This document shows, piece after piece, positions 55,873 to 64,000 of a DNA stretch of 64,000 nucleotides; position 1 is the first letter of the stretch; every line of letters begins with the position of its first letter. The position numbers and the translations under genes are program-made. The stretch is taken from positions 32,001-96,000 of the forward strand of contig CAWHDZ010000016.1 of assembly GCA_963828255.1 (NCBI GenBank), read 5' to 3'. The notes below the pieces were generated by a model, which was given only the letters and a program-made list of their open reading frames with translations, did no database searches and was not told the origin of the DNA. The DNA comes from an uncultured delta proteobacterium (GTDB lineage Bacteria > Myxococcota > Myxococcia > Myxococcales > Anaeromyxobacteraceae).

Positions 55873-57291
55873 ATGAACCAGGAATACCGGTACGACTACA
55901 AGACGGTGGAGGGGTACATCCTCTCCGCCATCGTCTGGGCGGTGGTGGGCCTTCTCGTGGGTCTTCTCATCTCGGTGCAGCTCTTCGCGCCGGCCCTGAA
56001 CTTCGCCCCCTGGGCCAGCTTCGGGCGCATGCGGACGGTGCACACCAACATCCTCGGCTTCGGGCTGGGTGTGGGCGCCATCTTCGGGCTCTCCTACTAC
56101 ATCCTCATGAAGCTCACCCGGCGCACGCTGCTCTTCCCCAGGCTGGCGCGGCTGCAGCTGTGGCTCTTCAACGTGGGCATCTTCCTCGCGCTGGTGACGC
56201 TGGCCATGGGCTACACCCAGTCGCTCGAGTACGCCGAGATGGAGTGGCCCCTCGACATCGCCATCGTCATCCTCTGGGTGATGTTCGCGGTGAACGTGAT
56301 CGGGACCATCCTGGTCCGGCGCGAGGAGCAGATGTACGTCTCGCTCTGGTACATCATCGCCACCGTGGTGGGCGTGGCGGTGCTCTACATCGTGAACAAC
56401 CTGTCGATCCCGGTGGGGCTGCTCAAGAGCTACCACCTCTTCGCCGGCGTGAACTCGGCCAACGTCGAGTGGTGGTACGGCCACAACGTGGTGGGCTTCG
56501 TCTTCACCATGCCCATCCTGGCCATGTTCTACTACTTCCTCCCCAAGTCCACGGGGCTGCCCATCTTCAGCCACCGGCTCTCCATCGTGGCCTTCTGGTC
56601 GCTGGTCTTCGGCTACCTCTGGACCGGAGCCCACCACCTCGTCTACTCGCCGCTCCCCGACTGGATCCAGACGCTCGCCATCGTCTTCACCCTCTTCCTC
56701 ATCGCGCCCTCCTGGGGCTCGGTGGTGAACGGCTACGGCACCATCGGCGAGGACTGGGGCCGGATGAAGTCCGACTACCTGGCCAAGTTCTTCATCCTGG
56801 GCATCACCTTCTACGGCCTGCAGACCGTGCAGGGGCCCACCCAGGGGCTCCGGGTGGTCTCGCAGCTCATCCACTTCACCGACTGGGTTCCCGGCCACGT
56901 GCACATGGGCACCATGGGCTGGGTCGCATTGACGGTGACCGCCTCGATCTACTACGTCATCCCCAAGATCTACGGCACCGAGATCTTCAGCGTGAAGCTC
57001 GCCAACCTGCACTTCTGGCTGGTGCTGGTCGGGCAGCTCGTCTTCTCGGCCACCGGCTGGATCACCGGCATCCAGCAGGGCGCCATGTGGAAGGCGCTCA
57101 CCCCGGAGGGCACCCTCAAGTACACCTTCATGGAGACCCTGGTGAAGAACTACCCGTACTGGCACGTGCGGGCGCTGGCCGGGACCATCTTCATCGTCGG
57201 CATGGTGGTCTTCGTGCTGAACGTCCTGCTGACCATCCAGAAGGGGCGCGCGCTCGAGGCCGGCAAGTCCGCGGTCCCGGCGGCGGCGTAG
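55873..57291 (+). CDS. ccoN: cbb3-type cytochrome c oxidase subunit I
   Basis: FGR.R..HTN, EYAE, WWYGHN, GAHHL and HFTDW..GHVH. Confidence 0.96.
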   Translation: MNQEYRYDYKTVEGYILSAIVWAVVGLLVGLLISVQLFAPALNFAPWASFGRMRTVHTNILGFGLGVGAIFGLSYYILMKLTRRTLLFPRLARLQLWLFNVGIFLALVTLAMGYTQSLEYAEMEWPLDIAIVILWVMFAVNVIGTILVRREEQMYVSLWYIIATVVGVAVLYIVNNLSIPVGLLKSYHLFAGVNSANVEWWYGHNVVGFVFTMPILAMFYYFLPKSTGLPIFSHRLSIVAFWSLVFGYLWTGAHHLVYSPLPDWIQTLAIVFTLFLIAPSWGSVVNGYGTIGEDWGRMKSDYLAKFFILGITFYGLQTVQGPTQGLRVVSQLIHFTDWVPGHVHMGTMGWVALTVTASIYYVIPKIYGTEIFSVKLANLHFWLVLVGQLVFSATGWITGIQQGAMWKALTPEGTLKYTFMETLVKNYPYWHVRALAGTIFIVGMVVFVLNVLLTIQKGRALEAGKSAVPAAA

Positions 57292-57306
57292 GGGAGGGCG
57301 AGAGCC

Positions 57307-58287
57307 ATGGCGGGAAAGATCTACAGCAAGCCCATCGTCTTCACCCTGGCCGTCACGGCGACGGTGCTGGCGGGCTCCATCGTGATGATGGCGTACCCCA
57401 TGATGCGGCCGGAGATGCACCCCAAGCTGGAGAACCTGCGCCCCTTCACGCCGCTCCAGCTGGCCGGGCGCGACATCTACCAGCGCGAGGGCTGCGTCAA
57501 CTGCCACAGCATGATGGTGCGGCCGCTGCGCACCGAGGTGATGCGCTACGGCGAGTACTCCAAGGCCGGTGAGTTCGCCTACGACCGTCCCTTCCTCTGG
57601 GGCTCGAAGCGCACCGGTCCCGACCTGGCGCGCGAGGGGGGCAAGCGTCCCGACGCCTGGCACCTGGCCCACTACGACAACCCCCAGGCGGTGGTGCCCC
57701 GGTCCAACATGCCGGGCTACGGCTGGATGAAGGCGAACAAGCTCGACCCGGCCTCGGTCCAGGCCCACATGGACGGCCTCGGGATGCCGCACACCGCGCA
57801 GCAGATCGCCGAGCTGGCCACCCGCACCGAGATGGACGCCCTCATCGCCTACACCCAGCAGCTGGGGCACGCGGTGGAGAAGAAGAAGGTGGCCGGCGGC
57901 TTCGACCTGGCGGCGGTGAACCCCTTCGGCAGCTCCCCCCAGGCCATCGCCGCGGGCGCGGTCCTCTACGCGCAGGACTGCGCGGTCTGCCACGGCGACG
58001 AGGGGCACGGCGGCATCGGCCCCTCCTTCATCCAGAAGAAGTTCCTCGAGCAGCCCGGCTACGGCACCGACGGCGAGTACTTCGCCATCATCGCCGGGGG
58101 CAGCGAGGCGAAGAAGGCCATCGGCCGCCCCGGCCTGGCCGACGGCGGCATGGAGGCCTACGGCGCCCAGATCCCGCCCGACGGCATCTGGAAGATCGTG
58201 AGCTTCATCCGCGCCCAGCAGCTCCACGAGGGCGCCGAGCCGCCCGCCGTGGAGAAGCGCGAGCACGAGACCGGCGGAAAGCACTGA
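57307..58287 (+). CDS. ccoO: cbb3 oxidase subunit II fused to a second (CcoP-like) c-type cytochrome domain
   Basis: GRDIY.REGC.NCHS, WGSKRTGPDL and SNMP, plus a second heme motif CAVCH (G..G.GGIGP) and a distal Met (GGM). Confidence 0.9.
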   Translation: MAGKIYSKPIVFTLAVTATVLAGSIVMMAYPMMRPEMHPKLENLRPFTPLQLAGRDIYQREGCVNCHSMMVRPLRTEVMRYGEYSKAGEFAYDRPFLWGSKRTGPDLAREGGKRPDAWHLAHYDNPQAVVPRSNMPGYGWMKANKLDPASVQAHMDGLGMPHTAQQIAELATRTEMDALIAYTQQLGHAVEKKKVAGGFDLAAVNPFGSSPQAIAAGAVLYAQDCAVCHGDEGHGGIGPSFIQKKFLEQPGYGTDGEYFAIIAGGSEAKKAIGRPGLADGGMEAYGAQIPPDGIWKIVSFIRAQQLHEGAEPPAVEKREHETGGKH

Positions 58288-58301
58288 GAGGAACGACGGC
58301 C

Positions 58302-58610
58302 ATGAACGAACTTCCCGACACCGCGGACGGACTCCAGACCAAGGAGACGGAGAGCAAGATCCCGCTGGGCTGGTGGGCGCTCTTCTGGGGGCTCATCGTC
58401 TGGGGCGTCTACTACGTCTGGGCCTACACCCCCTCGCTGGGCGGCTGGTCGCAGTCGAAGGCCTACGAAGAATCGGTCCAGGCCGCGGTCGCCGCGTCGG
58501 GCGACGCCGGCGCCAACATCTTCACGACGGTCCTCTTCACCGTGCTGCCGACCCTGGCCGCCATCGGGCTCTACCTGGCCGCCCGCCGCCGCAAGGCCGG
58601 GAAGGGCTAG
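58302..58610 (+). CDS. Stand-alone CcoP N-terminal-like membrane protein (no heme motif)
   Basis: DG....ESKIPLGWWALFWGLIVWGVYY resembles the CcoP N-terminal TM. A second TM follows; there is no CxxCH. Confidence 0.7.
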   Translation: MNELPDTADGLQTKETESKIPLGWWALFWGLIVWGVYYVWAYTPSLGGWSQSKAYEESVQAAVAASGDAGANIFTTVLFTVLPTLAAIGLYLAARRRKAGKG

Positions 58611-58616
58611 GCGCCC

Positions 58617-58775
58617 GTGAAGCCCGAGGGCATCCCCGGCGACGACTGGGTCTACCTGTTCACCGGCCTGCTCCTCACCACGGCCCTGCTCTGGATCACC
58701 GTCCACTACTTCTCGAAGAAGAGGAAGGCGAGCGTCGAGGCGGCGAAGTACAAGATGCTCGATGACGACGAGTAG
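58617..58775 (+). CDS. CcoQ-like small membrane subunit (not in the ORF track)
   Basis: 52 aa: MKPEGIPGDDWVYLFTGLLLTTALLWITVHYFSKKRKASVEAAKYKMLDDDE. One TM followed by a basic then acidic tail, as in CcoQ. Confidence 0.65.
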   Translation: MKPEGIPGDDWVYLFTGLLLTTALLWITVHYFSKKRKASVEAAKYKMLDDDE

Positions 58776-59997
58776 CCCGGTCACGACGAGGCGGTTCGGG
58801 CCCTGGCGCAGGTGGGCCGGGTTCGCCCAGGCCGCAGCCTTCCTGGGCCTGCCCTTCGTCACGGTGCGGGGCGAGAGCGCGCTGCGCTTCGACGTCGGCA
58901 GCCTGAAGCTCCACGTCCTGGGCGCCACCCTCTGGATGGACGAGTTCTTCGTCGTCCTGCTGGCCACCCTGGCCGTCTCCTTCGTCTTCCTCCTCGTCAC
59001 CTTCGTCTGGGGCAGGGTCTGGTGCGGATGGAGCTGCCCGCAGACCATCCTCGGCGACCTCACCCAGGCGCTCGCCTCCGAGCGCACCCGGAAGAAGCGG
59101 CGCCCGGCCCGCCTGGCCCTCGCCTGGGGAACCGTCGCGCTCGTCTCGGCGGTCTTCTCCGCGGCGACGCTCTGGTACTTCGTCCCGCCCTGGGAGTTCC
59201 TCGCGCGGCTCGTCGAAGGCTCCCTCGGCCCCGTCCTGGGCTGGAGCTGGGTGGTGCTGGGCGTCATCCTCCTCCTCGACCTGGGCTTCGTCCGGGGCAG
59301 CTTCTGCGCCACCACCTGTCCGTACGCCAAGCTGCAGGGCGTCCTCTTCGACCGGGCCACGCTGGTCGTTGCCTACGACGAGCGGCGCGACGCGGAGTGC
59401 ATCGACTGCCTGGCCTGCGTGCGGGTCTGCCCCACCGGCATCGACATCCGCGACGGGCTCCAGGCCGAGTGCATCGCCTGCGCCCAGTGCGTGGACGCCT
59501 GCGCCCCCATCCTGGCGCGGTACGGGAAGCCCACGCTGGTGGACTACTTCTTCGGGGCGCCGGGCGACCGGCCGCGCCTCCTGCGCCCGGTGGTGCTGGC
59601 GCTCGGGGCCGCGTCGATCCTCGCGGTGGGAGGAACGGTCGTGGCTGCGGTCCACGCCGGCCGCGAGAGCCTCGACCTGACCGTGTCCTTCTCCTCCCGG
59701 TTCCTCCCCCGCACGGGCCCGGACGGCCGGGTGGTGAACGCCTACGACGTGGCGCTGGAGAACCGGGGCCGCCAGAAGCTGACGCTCACGCTCTCGCTCG
59801 CGCCTGTCCAGGGCCTGGCCACCGTCAGCCCGGACCGGGTGGAGCTCGCGCCCGGGGAGCACCGGACGGTCTTCCTGGTCGCGTCTGCCTCCGGACTGGG
59901 GCCCGGACCGGTGGTGCAGGCCCTCCTCACCGCAACCGGGCCGGGCGGTGATACGGTACGCGCCCAGGTCCCCATGTTCCTGCCGAGGACGCCCTGA
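58762..59997 (+). CDS. ccoG: cbb3 accessory polyferredoxin CcoG/FixG
   Basis: GRVWCGWSCPQT, FC...CPY, CIDC.ACVRVCPTGIDIRDG.Q.ECI.C..C.DAC and an Ig-like C-terminus. Confidence 0.92.
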   Translation: MTTSSPVTTRRFGPWRRWAGFAQAAAFLGLPFVTVRGESALRFDVGSLKLHVLGATLWMDEFFVVLLATLAVSFVFLLVTFVWGRVWCGWSCPQTILGDLTQALASERTRKKRRPARLALAWGTVALVSAVFSAATLWYFVPPWEFLARLVEGSLGPVLGWSWVVLGVILLLDLGFVRGSFCATTCPYAKLQGVLFDRATLVVAYDERRDAECIDCLACVRVCPTGIDIRDGLQAECIACAQCVDACAPILARYGKPTLVDYFFGAPGDRPRLLRPVVLALGAASILAVGGTVVAAVHAGRESLDLTVSFSSRFLPRTGPDGRVVNAYDVALENRGRQKLTLTLSLAPVQGLATVSPDRVELAPGEHRTVFLVASASGLGPGPVVQALLTATGPGGDTVRAQVPMFLPRTP

Positions 59998-60812
59998 AGA
60001 TCGTCATCGCCATCGTCGCCGCCGTCGCCCTGGCCGCCGTCGCCGGGGCCATCTGGGTGGGCGCGAGCACCTTCGAGCGGACCGTGGTCGCCGACCCGTA
60101 CGAGTCGGGCATCCACCACGACGCCGACCGGCGGAAGGCGCAGGCGCTGGGGTGGATCGTGGCCGTGGACGAGGGCTCGCTCCGCGCCGGCCCGGAGGCC
60201 AGCCTGGCCGTCCGGCTCACCGGCAGGGACGGGACGCCCTTCGACGACGCCGAGGTGCTCTTCCGGGTCTCGCGCGCCGGCACCAGCCGTTTCGACCGGT
60301 CCGCGCCGGCGACCCACTCCGCGAGCGGCCGGTACACCGCGGTCCTCTCCATGACCGAGCCCGGGTTCTGGGACCTCGACGTCGTGGTCCGGCGGGGCGG
60401 GGAGAGTCTCACCCTGGGCAAGTGGATCCACGTGGCCGGCGAGGTCGGCGAGGGGGTCCACTGCGACGCCGGGGTGCGCCCGTGCGGCGCCGACGCCGGG
60501 GACGTCCGGGTGGTCCTCGACCTGGCGCCCCACCCGCCCGTTCCCTTGAAGGAGCTGGATGCGGCGGTCCAGCTCACCCGCGGTGGGGCCCCCCTGGCCG
60601 GCGCCGAGGTCGCGGTCGAGATCTCCATGGCCGGCATGTTCATGGGGGAGAACCGGATCCCGCTGCGGGTCGTCGGGCCCGGGCGCTACGCCGGCAAGGG
60701 CGCGCTCCTGCGCTGCACGAGCGGCCGGCGCGACTGGCTGGCCGAGGTGGTGGTGCGGGTGCCCGGCGGCGGCGAGACGCGCGCCCGCTTCCCGTTCCAG
60801 GCCGCGGAGTAG
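59994..60812 (+). CDS. FixH/CcoH-like protein with two YtkA-like Ig domains
   Basis: N-terminal TM, V..DPYE.G, G.Y......G.W and SMAGMFMG.N. The start is non-canonical (see findings). Confidence 0.7.
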   Translation: MKIVIAIVAAVALAAVAGAIWVGASTFERTVVADPYESGIHHDADRRKAQALGWIVAVDEGSLRAGPEASLAVRLTGRDGTPFDDAEVLFRVSRAGTSRFDRSAPATHSASGRYTAVLSMTEPGFWDLDVVVRRGGESLTLGKWIHVAGEVGEGVHCDAGVRPCGADAGDVRVVLDLAPHPPVPLKELDAAVQLTRGGAPLAGAEVAVEISMAGMFMGENRIPLRVVGPGRYAGKGALLRCTSGRRDWLAEVVVRVPGGGETRARFPFQAAE

Positions 60813-60821
60813 CCGTCCGTC

Positions 60822-61502
60822 GTGGACGCCTCGCTCCCGATCGCGCTGGCCACCGGGTTCCTGGGCGGGTTCGGCCATTGCGTGGCCATGTGCGGGCCGC
60901 TGGTGGGGGCGCTCGGCATCTCGGCGCCCCCGGGCACCCCGGCCCGCCGGGCCCTCCTCCCGCAGCTCGCCTACCACATGGGCCGCATCACCACCTACGG
61001 CACCATCGGCGCGGTCATGGGGCTCTTCGGGTCCTTCGTGAACGTGGCCGGCCGGATGGCGGGGTGGCAGGACGTGGTGGCGGTGCTGGCCGGGCTCCTC
61101 ATGGTCGCCATGGGGCTGGGCGCCGCCCTTCAGTCACTTTGGGTGAAATCCGCGGAGGGGCGGCTGGCCGGCCGGGTGCTGGCGGCGGTCCGGAGGCTGG
61201 CCGGACACGAGGCGCCCGTGCGCGCCTACCCGCTCGGCCTCGTGCTCGGATTCCTTCCCTGCGGCCTCTCCTACTCCGCCTTCGCCGCGGCGGCGGCCAC
61301 CGGGAGCCCGGTGGCCGGCATGGCGATCGCGCTGGCCTTCGGGGCCGGGACCCTGCCGGCGCTGCTGCTCGCCGGGGCGGTGGTGAGCGCGCTCTCCTTC
61401 CGCGCCCGCGGGCTTCTCCAGCGGGCCGGCGGAGGGCTGGTGGCGCTGCTCGGGGTGCTCTTCGTCCTGCGGGGGCTGCGCGTCCATGTCCCTTCGCTGT
61501 GA
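60822..61502 (+). CDS. TauE/SafE/DsbD_2-family membrane protein (cbb3 maturation)
   Basis: GHCVAMCGP, YHMGR..TY, GFLPCGL.Y and AFG.GTLP. Confidence 0.88.
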   Translation: MDASLPIALATGFLGGFGHCVAMCGPLVGALGISAPPGTPARRALLPQLAYHMGRITTYGTIGAVMGLFGSFVNVAGRMAGWQDVVAVLAGLLMVAMGLGAALQSLWVKSAEGRLAGRVLAAVRRLAGHEAPVRAYPLGLVLGFLPCGLSYSAFAAAAATGSPVAGMAIALAFGAGTLPALLLAGAVVSALSFRARGLLQRAGGGLVALLGVLFVLRGLRVHVPSL

Positions 61503-63942
61503 CCACTGCCTGCTCGATTTCCCGGAGCGGGAGGCGGTCCGCGAGCGAGACGGTGAGGCCGAGCGGGTCTTCTGCTGCACCGGGTGCCAGGGCATCCACC
61601 GGCTCATCCGGGAGGAGGGGCTCGGGGCCTTCTACGAAGGGCGCCGCTGGGAGGAGGTGGGGCTCGCCGCCCGCCCGGAGGACCCCCAGGAGGTCGAGGC
61701 ATTCCGCGCCGCGCTGCGGGAGGGGAAGGACGGCCTCTCCGAGATCGACCTCTACGTGGAGGGCATCCGCTGCGCCTCCTGCGTGTGGCTGAACGAGCGG
61801 CTCCTGGGGCGGCTGCCCGGGGTGGCCTTGGCGCGGGTCAACTACGCCACCCACCGCGCCCGAATCCGCTTCGACCCGGCGGTGACCGCGCTCCCGGCCG
61901 TGCTGGGGCGAATCCGCTCAGCCGGCTACCTGCCCAAGCCCTACGGCGAGACCGAGGGGCAGGCCGCCCAGCGGCGCGAGACGCGCGACCTGCTCGTGCG
62001 GCTCGGCACGGCCGGGTTCCTCTCCTCGCAACTCATGGTCATCACCATCGCCCTCTACGCCGGCTACTTCCAGGGCATCGACCCCGGGACGCGCCGGCTG
62101 CTCGAGTGGGTGGGGATGGGACTTACACTCCCCGTGTACTTCTACTCGGGGGCTCCCTTCCTGCGGAACACCGTGACGAGCCTGCGCCACGGGCGGTTCA
62201 ACATGGACGCGCTCATCGCGCTGGGCGCCGGCGCGGCGCTGGCCTACAGCGCCTGGCAGATGCTCGCCGGCGGCGAGGTCTACCTGGACACCGCGGCGAT
62301 GATCGTCACGCTGGTCCTGGTGGGGCGCTACGTGGAGGCGGCCGCCAAGGGAAGGGCCTCCGAGGCGGTGGCCCGGCTGGCGGCGCTCCAGCCGCGCGAG
62401 GCCCGCCGGATCGAGAGCGTCCCCGGCGGCGGCACCGGGGTCCGGCGGGTCCCGGTGGCCGAGCTGCTCCCCGGCGACCGGGTCGAGGTGGTCCCGGGCG
62501 AGCGGGTCCCGGCCGACGGCGTGGTGCGGGAGGGGCGCAGCGAGGTGGACGAGTCGCTCGTCACGGGCGAGTCGCGCCCGGTGGGGAAGGAGCCGGGCGC
62601 GCCGGCCATCGGCGGTACCGTCAACCTGCACGGCTCCTTCGTCCTCGAGGTCACCCGCACCGGCGCGGCCACCGTGCTCTCCGGCATCATCCGCGCGGTG
62701 GAGGAGGCGCAGGCGTCGCGGCCGCGGATCCAGGCGGTGGCCGACCGGCTGGTGGGGGTCTTCGTCCCGGCCATCCTGGTCCTCGCCGTGGCGGCGACGG
62801 CGGGCCACCTGCTCCGCGGTGCGCCGGTGGCCCAGGCGGTCATGATCGGCGTGTCGGTCCTGGTCATCGCCTGCCCGTGCGCGCTGGGACTGGCCACGCC
62901 GCTGGCGGTCCTGCTGGCCACCGGCGTGGCCACCGGGCGTGGACTCCTGGTGAAGGGGGGCGACGTCTTCGAGCGGGCGGCCGGCGCCGACGAGGTGCTC
63001 CTCGACAAGACCGGGACGGTCACGCGCGGGCGTCCCGGGCTGCGGGAGGTCCTGCCGGTCCCCGGCGAGGTCGGGGATGAGGCGCTCCGGCTGGCCGCCG
63101 CGGTGGAGCGGCGCTCCGAGCACAGCCTGGGGCGGGCCATCGTCGAGGCGGCGCGGGCGCTCCCCGGCGAGCCGGCGCCGGAGGCGGTCGACTTCCGCGC
63201 CGTGCCCGGCCGCGGGGTCGAGGGGCGGGTGGCGGGGGTGACGGTGCGGGTGGGCAGTCGGGCCTTCGTGGGCGAGGCCGGCGCGGAGGTCGCGCCGGAG
63301 ATCGAGCGCGAGGCCCGGGTCCGGGAGGAGCGGGGTGACACGGTGGCCTTCCTCTCGCGCGACGGGCGGCTCGTGGCGCTCCTCGTGGTCGCCGACGCGG
63401 TGCGGCCCGAGGCCCGGGCGGTGATCGAGGACCTGGCCGCGCTGGGACTTTCCGTGCGCCTCCTCTCCGGAGACAACCGGCGCACCACCGAGGCGGTGGC
63501 CGCCCGGCTGGGCATCGCCGTGGAGGGCTCCGAGATGACGCCGGTGGAGAAGCGGGAGAGGGTCGCCGCGCTGCAGGCCTCCGGGCGCAGGGTGCTCCTG
63601 GCCGGGGACGGGGTGAACGACGCGCCGGCGCTCACCCAGGCCGACGTGGGCGTGGCCATGTCGGGCGGCACCGACGTGACGATGGAGAGCGCCGAGGCGG
63701 TCCTGGTCCGCGACGACCTGAGGCTGCTCCCTGACCTGATCCGGCTCTCCCGCAAGACCTACCGGATCATCCGGGAGAACCTGTTCTGGGCGCTGGTCTA
63801 CAATCTGGTGGCCGTACCGCTCGCGGTGGTCGGGCTCCTGCACCCCATCGTGGCGGCCGCGGCCATGGCCGCGAGCTCGAGCTTCGTGGTCGTGAATTCG
63901 CTGCGGATCCGCGGTGGTCAAAGACTTCACCCGGAGAGGTGA
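61486..63942 (+). CDS. ccoI: Heavy-metal (Cu) P1B-type ATPase CcoI/FixI
   Basis: CDHC...FCC.GC N-terminal domain, CASC HMA domain, TGES, CPC, DKTGT and GDGVNDAP. Confidence 0.92.
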   Translation: MSLRCDHCLLDFPEREAVRERDGEAERVFCCTGCQGIHRLIREEGLGAFYEGRRWEEVGLAARPEDPQEVEAFRAALREGKDGLSEIDLYVEGIRCASCVWLNERLLGRLPGVALARVNYATHRARIRFDPAVTALPAVLGRIRSAGYLPKPYGETEGQAAQRRETRDLLVRLGTAGFLSSQLMVITIALYAGYFQGIDPGTRRLLEWVGMGLTLPVYFYSGAPFLRNTVTSLRHGRFNMDALIALGAGAALAYSAWQMLAGGEVYLDTAAMIVTLVLVGRYVEAAAKGRASEAVARLAALQPREARRIESVPGGGTGVRRVPVAELLPGDRVEVVPGERVPADGVVREGRSEVDESLVTGESRPVGKEPGAPAIGGTVNLHGSFVLEVTRTGAATVLSGIIRAVEEAQASRPRIQAVADRLVGVFVPAILVLAVAATAGHLLRGAPVAQAVMIGVSVLVIACPCALGLATPLAVLLATGVATGRGLLVKGGDVFERAAGADEVLLDKTGTVTRGRPGLREVLPVPGEVGDEALRLAAAVERRSEHSLGRAIVEAARALPGEPAPEAVDFRAVPGRGVEGRVAGVTVRVGSRAFVGEAGAEVAPEIEREARVREERGDTVAFLSRDGRLVALLVVADAVRPEARAVIEDLAALGLSVRLLSGDNRRTTEAVAARLGIAVEGSEMTPVEKRERVAALQASGRRVLLAGDGVNDAPALTQADVGVAMSGGTDVTMESAEAVLVRDDLRLLPDLIRLSRKTYRIIRENLFWALVYNLVAVPLAVVGLLHPIVAAAAMAASSSFVVVNSLRIRGGQRLHPER

Positions 63943-63945
63943 ACC

Positions 63946-64000
63946 GTGTCGCTGGGCCTCCTCATCGCCATCTCGCTCGGCATGGGCATCGCCGCCTGGC
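63946..64000 (+). CDS. ccoS: Probable CcoS/FixS (3' partial)
   Basis: GTG start 3 nt after ccoI; hydrophobic MSLGLLIAISLGMGIAAW... in the usual ccoS position. Confidence 0.55.
   Translation, partial: MSLGLLIAISLGMGIAAW

Overview
Very GC-rich, gene-dense bacterial chromosome segment. The gene repertoire and protein style suggest Myxococcota (Anaeromyxobacter-like), which is an inference. It is mostly core genome: rpe, rsmB, fmt, recA, thpR, glmS, glmU, ggt, moaC, trxB, ispG, a liv-type ABC importer with a divergent porin, proS, pyrF, maeB, a complete hypFCDEAB [NiFe]-hydrogenase maturation operon and a cbb3-type oxidase operon with maturation genes running off the right end. Between about 31.4 and 41.3 kb lies an envelope block: a MacB/LolCDE-like ABC system, a LolA-like protein and an outer-membrane barrel, then a CsgG/DUF4810/DUF799 lipoprotein cluster, then a 5'-truncated HUH (RAYT-like) transposase. 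I found no rRNA, tRNA, CRISPR array or prophage. Four genes are broken by a single missing base in G/C homopolymers, probably long-read assembly errors. The most notable observations are a recurring TANNNT-N6-9-start codon signature suggesting widespread leaderless transcripts, a eukaryote-like DEGS1 sphingolipid desaturase, archaeal-type HypD/HypE motifs, a re-partitioned CcoO/CcoP, a TatD homolog missing most metal ligands, an AbrB-like domain on a DUF4388 protein, and a potentially switchable maeB leader. Family names come from motif recognition only; no searches were run.
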